A stretch of 43,643 nt of DNA, taken from the NCBI GenBank assembly GCA_904501895.1, contig CAJGCX010000001.1, positions 1-43,643 of the forward strand, given 5' to 3'. Positions 1 through 8,261 of the stretch are shown here, in pieces (the first letter of the stretch is position 1; each line of letters opens with the position of its first letter). Origin of the DNA: Clostridiaceae bacterium. Lineage in GTDB: Bacteria; Bacillota; Clostridia; Oscillospirales; Acutalibacteraceae. The notes below the pieces were generated by a model. That model had not been told where the DNA came from, did no database searches, and was given only the letters and a program-made list of their open reading frames with translations. Made by a program: the position numbers and the translations under genes.

Positions 1-55
1 AATCAACTTCACCGTTGCCAAGATGAGTAAGACCCAATTCCTTTGCCATCATCAT
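1..55 (-). CDS. istB: IS21 helper ATPase IstB, first ~18 codons only (partial)
   Basis: A minus-strand ATG at 55 (MMMAKELGLTHLGNGEVD...) lies 4 nt after the istA stop (60-62). The call rests on position only; too little sequence is visible to see the P-loop. Confidence 0.35.
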   Translation of the reverse strand, partial: MMMAKELGLTHLGNGEVD

Positions 56-59
56 TACA

Positions 60-1538
60 TCAAAAATCTCTGCCATTGAATGCCTCCTGTATCTCACGAC
101 TTCGTTTTAAGTAGTTTGATTTTGCGTAATTGCCCATGCAATCGTAAAATGAGTCCTTGCCATACTTGTAAATTAGGAACGATAACAATTCCAAGGTTGT
201 ACATTCACAAGTGTTGATGCAATACTCAAACGCTGAATTCATTTGACCTTCCGTGTAAAAAACAGATGCCTTTTTCAGTAGTTGCAACTGTTTATGTATG
301 TATCTCGGTCTCATGATTTTCAACTGTGCAATAAACTCTATGGCAAGTGGGTTGTCCTTGTAAAACCGAAGCATATCCGTTTCGATTTTATGGTGCGGAA
401 TTCTGTCCTTTGGTAGTTTTATAGTTCTGCCAACCTCATTACAAAGGGCGTGTTTGCAAATCAAATCACTTGTAAGTGCAACAAAGAAAAGCAAAGTGTC
501 CTCTTGCAATTCAACACGAATTCTTTCACCATCATTCAGGTTTTCCTGTGGCATTTCATAACGATTATCACGGAATTCAACAAACCCTGCGTGCATTGTA
601 AGGACTTGAACAATGGGCTTTTCTTGGAATCGAACCTTAACAAGTGCCTTGTTGTCAATGGGGAATAACTCCTTTGGTGTACGCTTTGTGTAGTCGTTCA
701 CAATACTGTTACCCGTGGTATCAAGCCAATTAAGAGCATCGCAGTTGAGCCTGTCAATTCCGTAGTAAGTCCTACCGTCAAGAAAACCACGTTTGACCAC
801 ATTCACCGTGTTTTCAACTCTGCCTTTGGTGTTGGGGTCGTGTCCCTTACAAATGAACAACGAGTAGCCAACATCCTTGACAAACTCATCAAACTCCTTA
901 ACGAGAATGACATTGCCGTAGCTTTCAGCAACAACGAAAACCTTGTCTTGGTCATACATAATCACCTGTGGACGACCACCAAAATACTTGAAAGCATATT
1001 TGTGTGCCTCAATAGCGGTTTTTGCGGTGAACGGTTTCGTTGAAAAGTACACGAATTTCATTCGACTGTACGAAAGCACCATGCAGAAGAAATACACCTT
1101 GGTTTCCTTGCCATACATGTTTCGCATTCGGTACTCACCAAAATCAACCTGTGCCTCATACCCCGGTGGTTGGTCATCACGAATACAACGGATGCGTTTC
1201 GGTTGACTTAAACCCGCCTGAACTCTCAGGTTTTTCACATACCGGTTGAATGTGGAGTAGGTGGCATCAAAATCAGCGAATTCCTCACGTAACTGCGTCA
1301 TCAAATTGGTGTTGGTGATTGTGGGACAAGCCTTAATCAACTCAATGATGTACTGACGATAGTTGTCCAAATCATACACCGTGCCACGCATAGATTTGTA
1401 GAAATCTTCTTCCGATTTCCTCCACCAGTTCCGAACCACCGACGCAGGTATGTGCAACCGCCGACCCGTTTCAGCCATGGTCAACCCATCATCCTTACAC
1501 TCCTGTATCTGCCGATACTGTTCTGATGTAATCATCAT
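60..1538 (-). CDS. istA: IS21-family transposase IstA
   Basis: The 492-aa ORF has an N-terminal HTH (GLTMAETGRRLHIPASVVRNWW). Its DDE-type catalytic core shows the layout typical of IstA (QVDFGE..., VLSYSR, IMYDQDKVF, DPNTKGRVEN). Confidence 0.9.
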   Translation of the reverse strand: MMITSEQYRQIQECKDDGLTMAETGRRLHIPASVVRNWWRKSEEDFYKSMRGTVYDLDNYRQYIIELIKACPTITNTNLMTQLREEFADFDATYSTFNRYVKNLRVQAGLSQPKRIRCIRDDQPPGYEAQVDFGEYRMRNMYGKETKVYFFCMVLSYSRMKFVYFSTKPFTAKTAIEAHKYAFKYFGGRPQVIMYDQDKVFVVAESYGNVILVKEFDEFVKDVGYSLFICKGHDPNTKGRVENTVNVVKRGFLDGRTYYGIDRLNCDALNWLDTTGNSIVNDYTKRTPKELFPIDNKALVKVRFQEKPIVQVLTMHAGFVEFRDNRYEMPQENLNDGERIRVELQEDTLLFFVALTSDLICKHALCNEVGRTIKLPKDRIPHHKIETDMLRFYKDNPLAIEFIAQLKIMRPRYIHKQLQLLKKASVFYTEGQMNSAFEYCINTCECTTLELLSFLIYKYGKDSFYDCMGNYAKSNYLKRSREIQEAFNGRDF

Positions 1539-1664
1539 TACCTCCTATTTAATTGTAAATTTGCGTAAATGTAAAAAATGTAACAGAATTTTACGCCTAA
1601 ACCGATTACCCATCCTCCTTTCATTCGGTAGGGATATTTTAACTCTCAGCACTGCAGAAAGCAA

Positions 1665-1695
1665 GAAAAAACACCTGCCAAATTAATGACAGGTG
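1665..1695 (-). terminator. Rho-independent terminator of the DUF2806-like gene
   Basis: Hairpin CACCTGCCA/TGACAGGTG (9 bp, one mismatch), followed on the minus strand by a T-run (forward A-run 1665-1671). It sits just downstream of the stop at 1723. Confidence 0.5.
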
Positions 1696-1722
1696 GGTGT
1701 ATTTGTTATTAGATTTTTATTT

Positions 1723-2616
1723 CTAAATTTCAGAAAATTCGATATTTGAATCTTTAAGGAATGCTGTAACGGCATCGAAATGTTCCATTATAGGTTCGGT
1801 AGTGATGAATTTTTTGATTGAATATCCAGCATCGGTTATACGTACACAACCAATGGGGAGAGATTTGTCAGGAAGTTTTGCAACGGAAGTACGCTTGTTA
1901 TCATAAGTTAAACGTATTTTATTAGGCATACACTCTCCTGTAAAGTCTATTTTGTAACCAGTATTAGGTTCATACTGGATTAGTCCTAACAATTGTAACT
2001 CATTCAAAGTGGTGAAGGTAAGCCCATAATCATTAAGATAATCGTGTTTACTAGGAAGAACCACATATGAAATAAAATCTTTATCGTCATTAAAATCACA
2101 TAAAAGTTCAAATTCAACTGCAAGGGAACACAAAATTTGAAATGCTTTTGCATATTTAGGAGTGACTTCAGATAATATTCTTATAACACTTGGTGATGTG
2201 CTGGAAGGTTCTTCAAACTCCCGTGCTAGAATTTTACCCCAAATTAACTGCATATTTTCATCAGATACAAATTTAGCAGAATCCATAAAGCGTTCAAGCC
2301 ATTCATCATCCACTTTTGATTGTGCAGAAAAATCGGTTCCATCTTTAGCATTTTCTTGTGCTATTTGTGCAATCTTTTGTTGATTCTTCATATGTTTATA
2401 TGTCTTTTTTGCATTTGCAATTGAAAGCATTTTCGCTTCAGGGGCAAGATTGCTGTTTTGAATTTCGGAAATATATGTTGTAATGGCTTCTTTCTTTAAG
2501 CCGAAAAAAGGAAAGATTGAACCAATAATCGTTGATAATTTATTAACGCTTTCCTTTGCTGCACCTTCTGCAGCAGCTTTTGCGATTTCAAGACCGTATT
2601 CTTCTGGGTTAACCAC
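1723..2616 (-). CDS. DUF2806-like protein (stand-alone hypothetical of the defence-island type)
   Basis: The central segment of this 297-aa ORF is DDEWLERFMDSAKFVSDENMQLIWGKILAREFEEPSSTSPSVIRILSEVTPKYAKAFQILCS. From memory this matches the DUF2806 signature (W..F...a..vsde.mq.lW.kiLa.E...p.s.s.r.l..L). The assignment is unverified. Confidence 0.55.
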   Translation of the reverse strand: MVNPEEYGLEIAKAAAEGAAKESVNKLSTIIGSIFPFFGLKKEAITTYISEIQNSNLAPEAKMLSIANAKKTYKHMKNQQKIAQIAQENAKDGTDFSAQSKVDDEWLERFMDSAKFVSDENMQLIWGKILAREFEEPSSTSPSVIRILSEVTPKYAKAFQILCSLAVEFELLCDFNDDKDFISYVVLPSKHDYLNDYGLTFTTLNELQLLGLIQYEPNTGYKIDFTGECMPNKIRLTYDNKRTSVAKLPDKSLPIGCVRITDAGYSIKKFITTEPIMEHFDAVTAFLKDSNIEFSEI

Positions 2617-2858
2617 ATTTTACACCTCATTTACATTTGTAATATAAAGTAGTTGTTTTGTTATTCGACACATTGTACCATGTTTTTTATAATATTACAA
2701 CAATGAGCAAATTTTACGCAATTATAAAAACAAATAATTAGGTATCAAACAGCATCTCTTACGATAATGGTGAGGTACTTTTTGTAGTTTGTTGTCACAA
2801 AATTAATAATAATTACGATTATAAAAGTAATGAAGATTAAAAGGGAGCGTGTTTATTT

Positions 2859-3338
2859 ATGACACCAGAGGTTGCAACAGTTATTGCTACTTTAGGAACG
2901 GAATTAACTACTTATGCTGTGAAAGGAACTGTTTCTGCAGTAAGTACAAAAGTTAAAAGCATTAAAGAAGAGAAGAATATTGAAAAACTCAAAAATAATT
3001 ATGATGAAATTATTAGTGAGTTGTTAGAAGAAAGAGAAAACATCATAAGAATTGCACAAAGCTATAGAACAGAACTTGAAAAAGTAGAAATTAGTGACGC
3101 AGATATAGAACACTTACATAACACAATTGAAAATGTGATAGGTGTAATAAGTGGTTACATTACTGAAGACCAAGCATATGCTATTGGTTCTTTAAAAGAT
3201 TTAATAAATGTTGATACCTTGAAAACTATGCAATTATTAGGATTTAATTATAAAGAAGCAATAGGAGTACCTCTTACAAAGATATGCGCAAAAGCGATTG
3301 AACGTCTTGGAGAGAAAAAACCTACTAAAAAGAGATAA
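2859..3338 (+). CDS. Hypothetical 159-aa protein, predicted coiled-coil/helical
   Basis: The ORF has RBS AAAGGGAG 8-9 nt upstream of the ATG. It is rich in heptad-like E/K/L/I and I recognise no catalytic motif. It is divergent from the DUF2806-like gene. Confidence 0.55.
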   Translation: MTPEVATVIATLGTELTTYAVKGTVSAVSTKVKSIKEEKNIEKLKNNYDEIISELLEERENIIRIAQSYRTELEKVEISDADIEHLHNTIENVIGVISGYITEDQAYAIGSLKDLINVDTLKTMQLLGFNYKEAIGVPLTKICAKAIERLGEKKPTKKR

Positions 3339-3375
3339 GCTTAATATAAGACTTGTAAACCTTGTTTTATAACTA

Positions 3376-3416
3376 AAAACAGCACCCACTATCCGTTAAG
3401 TAGTAGGTGCTGTTAA
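3376..3416. terminator. Bidirectional terminator between convergent genes
   Basis: Hairpin CAGCACCCACTA / TAGTAGGTGCTG (12 bp, one mismatch), flanked by an A-run on the left and T-rich sequence on the right. Confidence 0.6.
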
Positions 3417-3436
3417 TTAATCAACATGGTTTATAT

Positions 3437-4552
3437 TTATCCACAAACTAATTCCACTTCCTCAAGTGTTTTACTGTGAGTTTTGAAAATACGGTGGTAA
3501 TATGGGGAAATACAAAGTAAGTCTGACAATTCTTTTCTTTTCGATTCAGCTGTGAGAAACGGTTGCAACTGTGAACACATATCAAAAATTTCAAGGTCTA
3601 TTCTAATCATTAACATTTCGTTTTGGTGAATGATGCCTGTGAAAACTTTTAATAATTCATCGACATTTTCGCTGGGGACAAAATCAATTGGTAATTTCTT
3701 GCTTTTTGTAAGCCTTTCTTGTTGTTCATATAAGGTCTTGAGAGCTTTCAATAGAACATCAACACTTTCTCTTCTATCGTTATTTTTATGGGATTCGATT
3801 TTGATTGCTCTAGATAAACGTAAGCAAAGTGCTTTGGCTTCGGCTTTAGCATTTTCCTCGATAATTTGTTTGTATTCGTCCTTAGAGCCTTTGAGAACTT
3901 CTTTACCAACGGCATCAAGAATTTTATCCATTTTTTCAATTAAGACATTCATATGGCTTATTGAGTCCTGTACCTGTTCAATTTCTTTTTGTTCCTTCAT
4001 AGAAGAAAGATAGGTTTTAAACATGTCAGACCACTGTTTGCTGAGGAAATCTTTAATGTCAGAAGATTTGTTGAATTCAGTTACAGATATTTGCTTAATA
4101 TTATAAATTTCTTTAATGAAACGGAATACGTTTATGTTTTTAGTTGCTTTGAATTGAATATTACATGCTCCAGAATCAATGTCTTTTGAGTTTAAATCAT
4201 AAATACCATATTCAGCATAGACATTTCTGTCGATAAATACGTAGAAAGGTACGCCGTTTTCTACGCCTTTTTGAAATTCTCTTCGGGTTACTGAAATGAA
4301 TTCTTCAAAATCACTTGGCTTTTCACCTGAAGCGGGACTGCCGTAACTACCACCAACAATAAGTAAGGCCATATCAGCACTTTCTATTGCTTTATAACAT
4401 GAATCATCTAATGTTGTAAATGGAGTGTATCCAATATCACCATCTTCAAATAAAATGGGTTCAAAATCATGAGCTTTGATGAAATTGGACAAATCCTCGC
4501 GTATGTATTTTAAGTCGTAGAAAGTTGAACTAACAAAAATTCTGGGTTTCAT
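3437..4552 (-). CDS. DUF4062 (TIR-like fold) domain protein with a helical C-terminal half
   Basis: The N-terminus MKPRIFVSSTFYDLKYIREDLSNFIKAHDFEPILFEDGDIGY...ADMALLIVGGSYGS matches the DUF4062 pattern (FiSStf.DL..eR..., G.rYGs). I chose Met21 of the track ORF (3437..4612) as the start because GGAGAGG lies 8 nt upstream of it. Confidence 0.65.
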   Translation of the reverse strand: MKPRIFVSSTFYDLKYIREDLSNFIKAHDFEPILFEDGDIGYTPFTTLDDSCYKAIESADMALLIVGGSYGSPASGEKPSDFEEFISVTRREFQKGVENGVPFYVFIDRNVYAEYGIYDLNSKDIDSGACNIQFKATKNINVFRFIKEIYNIKQISVTEFNKSSDIKDFLSKQWSDMFKTYLSSMKEQKEIEQVQDSISHMNVLIEKMDKILDAVGKEVLKGSKDEYKQIIEENAKAEAKALCLRLSRAIKIESHKNNDRRESVDVLLKALKTLYEQQERLTKSKKLPIDFVPSENVDELLKVFTGIIHQNEMLMIRIDLEIFDMCSQLQPFLTAESKRKELSDLLCISPYYHRIFKTHSKTLEEVELVCG

Positions 4553-4765
4553 AAAAATTTCCTCTCCTTTTAAGTCATATTCCTTACAAGTGAAATAAGT
4601 TTCCCTCCACATATACGTAATCGTATAAAATTGACTTTTTGTGACAAAAAATACAGAATTAATGTTATAAATTGGTAATATGGAAAGATAAGACTGGAAA
4701 AGTGTTGATGCATACAGAAAGAATAAATAATAGATGTTGGTTTTTGCTTAAATCTTTAATAAAGG

Positions 4766-4794
4766 TTGCTTTAATTTTTAAATTATGGTATCAT
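4766..4794 (+). promoter_or_regulatory. Putative sigma-A promoter of the methyltransferase gene
   Basis: TTGCTT (4766-4771), a 17-nt spacer, then TATCAT (4789-4794) preceded by an extended -10 TG (4786-4787). Confidence 0.45.
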
Positions 4795-4879
4795 ATTAAC
4801 CAGTTCAAAAATGGTTTTCTTTAGCAAGAAATTATATTTTGTTAATTAAAAATTGGTGGGCATTTGAAGGACAAGAATT

Positions 4880-5956
4880 ATGGTAAGATTAGCAACGGTT
4901 TTTAGTGGTATTGGTGCACCTGAACAGGCACTCAAACAGTTGAAAGAAGATGTTGAAATTGTTTTTGCTTGTGATAACGGTGAACGTGAGTTAGAACTCT
5001 CATATGAAGAGATAATGGAACAAACAAAGATGTTCACAGATGAAGAGAGAGTTTCATTTGTGAATGATTTGTATAAAAAAACAAATAAAGAAAATAGTGT
5101 GAAAAAATCATATTTTGCGAACTATGATATAAGTGAAGAACAGTGGTATGAGGATATTAGATTTATAGACGGCAAAAAGTATTTTGGAAAAGTGGATGTG
5201 TTAGTCGGCGGAAGCCCATGTCAAAGTTTTTCGACTTATGGCAAGAAAAAAGGTTTTGAAGATACACGAGGCACATTGTTTTTCCATTACGCGAATCTCA
5301 TAAAAGAGATGAGACCTAAGGTTTTTATTTATGAAAATGTAATCGGTCTTAAAACACATGATAAAGGTAATACATGGAAAAGAATTACAGAGATATTCAA
5401 AGAGTTAGATTATGATGTGTATGACGCAGTATTGAATGCTTGTGATTATGGCCTGCCACAAATAAGACAGAGAGTTTTTGTGGTTGGATTCGATAAAAAT
5501 TTAAAAATAAAAGATTTTAGTTTTCCAAAGGAACAAAAGCTTAAGAAAAAAGCATCCGAATATCTTTCACCAAAAGTAGATTTAAAGTACTATTTAGGAA
5601 AAAAAGGCTTTGAGTGGGTAACAATGAAAGAAAAACATCAAGGTCGCTCAAGGGTTAATAGAGATGTTATTTGTTGTCAAACAGCAAATCAACAATTTAA
5701 TTGGACTGGCGATTTTAGACTTGAAGCTCCAACAGATGAGATGAGAAAAGATTCTCGAATACATATAGGAATATATGAAGGCGAAGAGCGTGTTGCTAGA
5801 AAGATGACTCCGCAGGAGTGTCTAAGATTAATGGGCTTCAAAAAGTTTAAAATAGTTGTCAATGACCAACAAGCTTATAGGCAAAGCGGTAATTCTATCG
5901 CAGTTCCGGTATTAAAAGCATTGTTTAAACAAATTTTTAAATATATTTCGTTTTAG
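4880..5956 (+). CDS. dcm: DNA (cytosine-5)-methyltransferase
   Basis: All canonical m5C MTase motifs are present: I FSGIGA, IV GGSPCQSFS, VI FIYENVIGL, VIII QIRQRVFVVG, IX MTPQECLRLMGF, X GNSIAVPV. Confidence 0.93.
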   Translation: MVRLATVFSGIGAPEQALKQLKEDVEIVFACDNGERELELSYEEIMEQTKMFTDEERVSFVNDLYKKTNKENSVKKSYFANYDISEEQWYEDIRFIDGKKYFGKVDVLVGGSPCQSFSTYGKKKGFEDTRGTLFFHYANLIKEMRPKVFIYENVIGLKTHDKGNTWKRITEIFKELDYDVYDAVLNACDYGLPQIRQRVFVVGFDKNLKIKDFSFPKEQKLKKKASEYLSPKVDLKYYLGKKGFEWVTMKEKHQGRSRVNRDVICCQTANQQFNWTGDFRLEAPTDEMRKDSRIHIGIYEGEERVARKMTPQECLRLMGFKKFKIVVNDQQAYRQSGNSIAVPVLKALFKQIFKYISF

Positions 5957-5959
5957 TTG

Positions 5960-5994
5960 AATGTAGTATGCGTTTTAGCATACTACATTTTTTA
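5960..5994 (+). terminator. Rho-independent terminator directly after dcm
   Basis: Perfect 12-bp stem AATGTAGTATGC / GCATACTACATT with a 6-nt loop, followed by TTTTT. Confidence 0.75.
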
Positions 5995-6052
5995 TATCTA
6001 ACACTACATTTTTCATATATTGTAAATATTTGAAGATTTTATCACAAATATA

Positions 6053-6081
6053 TTGACAAATATTGTGAACAGGTGTAGAAT
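6053..6081 (+). promoter_or_regulatory. Putative sigma-A promoter of the GHKL-ATPase operon
   Basis: TTGACA (6053-6058), a 17-nt spacer, then TAGAAT (6076-6081). It is embedded in an imperfect inverted repeat, TTGACAAATATT ... AATATTGTCAA. Confidence 0.5.
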
Positions 6082-6113
6082 ATTGTCAAATCAAACAAAA
6101 TGGAGTGAAAAAT

Positions 6114-6332
6114 ATGGAAACAAAACGTGAAAAATTTGTAAGATTAGCAGAAGCAAGAACTAATAAAATCATTGATATGATTAGATTGTTAGGTAATTGT
6201 GCAAATAAATCTAACTATGACTATACAGATGCTGATATACAAAAAATATTTTCAACAATTGAAAAAGAATTAAAAAATACTAAAACAAAGTTCACTGTAA
6301 GTGACACAGAGGAAGAAAAATTTAGATTATAA
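6114..6332 (+). CDS. Small (72-aa) helical protein, first gene of the candidate operon
   Basis: ATG at 6114 with GGAG 8 nt upstream; the track ORF starts at GTG 6105. The sequence is METKREKFVRLAEARTNKIIDMIRLLGNCANKSNYDYTDADIQKIF.... I see no obvious HTH. Confidence 0.55.
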   Translation: METKREKFVRLAEARTNKIIDMIRLLGNCANKSNYDYTDADIQKIFSTIEKELKNTKTKFTVSDTEEEKFRL

Positions 6333-6352
6333 TTTGTGATAGGAGAGATAAG

Positions 6353-8248
6353 ATGGATAAATATAATTGGAGATTTCCACGATTAGACAATGGTCCTGAA
6401 CAGGGAATAAATGATGGTGGCATTGCTACATTCAAAGGTTCAAAACTGTATACATATCTTGCAAGAGAAATATGCCAAAATTCGTTGGACGCAAAGGCTG
6501 AAGGTAAAAAGACAGTAGTTGTTGAGTTCAATAGCTTATCATTAAAGAAGGTGGATTATCCATCATTATCTGAGTTAGAAAATATTTTTAGTAATTGCCG
6601 TGATTATTGGAATAAGAGAATGGAGCCAAAGCTTGAACGGTTTTTAGCTGAGGCTGAAAAAGAAATTTCAAAAGATGAGATTAATCTTTTAGTCATTAGA
6701 GACTTTAACACTACTGGATTAAGCGGTGCAAAAGCAGGCAGAGGAGAAAAATCCAAGTGGAGAGCACTTACTCATTCAAATGGTGTCACAGAAAAAGCAA
6801 AGGGTAGTCAGGGCTCATACGGTATTGGTAAAAACGCTCCTTTTGCATGTTCATCATTGAGAACTGTTTTTTATAATTCATATGCTGAAGAAGATGGTGT
6901 AAAAGCATTTCAAGGTGTTGCTCGTTTAATTACACATATGCAAGACGGCGAAGAGACTATTGGCGTTGGATTTTATAATAATGTTGAAAGCAATTGTCCA
7001 ATTTTCAGCGACGATGAATGTGCCTTAAGAGACCTTTTAAACAGACAGGAATATGGAACAGATGTTGTAATTGCTGGATTTAAGCAAACAGAATCTTGGA
7101 AAGAAGATATTGAAAAAGCTGTTTTGAGTAATTTCTTTGTAACTATTGCAAGTGATACATTGGTTGTTAGAATTGATGGCATGGAAATTAATAGTAGCAA
7201 TCTCAAAGAGCGTATTAAGTATTATGCAGACAAGGAAGCTCAAAGCAACGAAAAAGAAAAAAACATCACCTCAATTCTTGAGTTTTATCACGCTATTAGT
7301 GAGTATGATTTCAAAGAAACTGGTGATATTATAGAAAAGGGCGACGCTATTCTGTACATAAAGAAAGATGATAATTTCAGCAAATCAATTGCAGAAATGC
7401 GTTCAATAGGTATGGTTGTAAGAACTCGCCATAATAATATTTTCACTCGTTATGCAGCTGTTGTCGTTGTACAATCTGGTGAGCTGAACGATTTGCTTAA
7501 AGAAATTGAGCCACCTGCACACGATAACTGGGACCCTGGTCTTATTGAAGATGACCCTGCGGCACAGGAGAAAGCAAGAAAATACAGAGCAAAATTAATT
7601 GCATGGGTAAATAAGACTATTGCAGAAAAGTGCCGTGGAGAAGAAACTGATGAAATAGATTTGGATAGTATGGGTGCCTACTTGGGCTTTGATGAAGAAG
7701 ACAAGAATTTAGGCGGGACAGAACCTGAGGAGGATATAACTCCAGATGGTGACACAAAAATGGACACTCCAATTGCAAAAAAATCAAATACTAAAAAGCT
7801 CAATGCTGTTGCAAAAAAAGTTAAAGGTCATAAGGATGAAGATTCTGACCCACATAATGAAGGTGGTGGCGGTTCCGCAGGAGGAAGTGCTGGAACTGAA
7901 GACCCAGAAGGTCCTGATGTAGTAACTGCGCCTGTTCCCGGAAATAAATCTGTAAATATACCTCGAATATTAAAACAAAGGGTTTCCAAAGCACCAGCTG
8001 AAGCACAATATAGAGCAGTTTTTATGTTAGAAGAGGATTGCCCAGTGTTAAATCTTGCATTAAAAGCTATTGGTGATGATGGTAATAAGGAACAGTTGAA
8101 AATTGTTGATTATAAAATTGAAAAAATAAAGACGACTGTAAATTCACAACATATATCCATCAAAGATATAAAGGCAAAAGAAACATATGAGGTGTTCTTG
8201 AGCTTGGAATATGCTGAAAGAATGCAGATAGAATTATTGTTGTATTAA
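6353..8248 (+). CDS. GHKL-superfamily (Bergerat-fold, MORC/paraMORC/Hsp90-like) ATPase
   Basis: N-box LAREICQNSLDA, G1 box VIRDFNTTGLSG and G2 box GSQGSYGIGKNAPF occur in the canonical order within the first ~170 aa. There is no HisKA/DHp domain. The C-terminal third holds an acidic/Gly-rich low-complexity linker (…HNEGGGGSAGGSAGTEDPEGPD…) followed by a ~100-aa beta-rich tail. Confidence 0.8.
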   Translation: MDKYNWRFPRLDNGPEQGINDGGIATFKGSKLYTYLAREICQNSLDAKAEGKKTVVVEFNSLSLKKVDYPSLSELENIFSNCRDYWNKRMEPKLERFLAEAEKEISKDEINLLVIRDFNTTGLSGAKAGRGEKSKWRALTHSNGVTEKAKGSQGSYGIGKNAPFACSSLRTVFYNSYAEEDGVKAFQGVARLITHMQDGEETIGVGFYNNVESNCPIFSDDECALRDLLNRQEYGTDVVIAGFKQTESWKEDIEKAVLSNFFVTIASDTLVVRIDGMEINSSNLKERIKYYADKEAQSNEKEKNITSILEFYHAISEYDFKETGDIIEKGDAILYIKKDDNFSKSIAEMRSIGMVVRTRHNNIFTRYAAVVVVQSGELNDLLKEIEPPAHDNWDPGLIEDDPAAQEKARKYRAKLIAWVNKTIAEKCRGEETDEIDLDSMGAYLGFDEEDKNLGGTEPEEDITPDGDTKMDTPIAKKSNTKKLNAVAKKVKGHKDEDSDPHNEGGGGSAGGSAGTEDPEGPDVVTAPVPGNKSVNIPRILKQRVSKAPAEAQYRAVFMLEEDCPVLNLALKAIGDDGNKEQLKIVDYKIEKIKTTVNSQHISIKDIKAKETYEVFLSLEYAERMQIELLLY

Positions 8249-8261
8249 GGGGATTGGTGTT

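Larger units (their letters stand above)
1..1650 (-). mobile_element. IS21-family insertion sequence, partial. It runs off the left window edge, and the inner end near 1600-1660 is only approximate.
   Basis: A complete istA-type transposase ORF is followed 4 nt later by the start of a second ORF, which is the istA-istB order typical of IS21. Reiterated TGTAA(A/C) motifs at 1554, 1570 and 1579 upstream of istA resemble the multiple terminal repeats of IS21 ends. The other end is not in the window, so the boundary cannot be fixed. Confidence 0.7.

Noticed and set aside
450-1686. Plus-strand ORFs inside or antisense to istA (450..668, 840..1043, 943..1206, 1040..1249, 1450..1686).
   Set aside because: They are antisense shadows of a well-supported transposase gene. 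They have no RBS and implausible composition.
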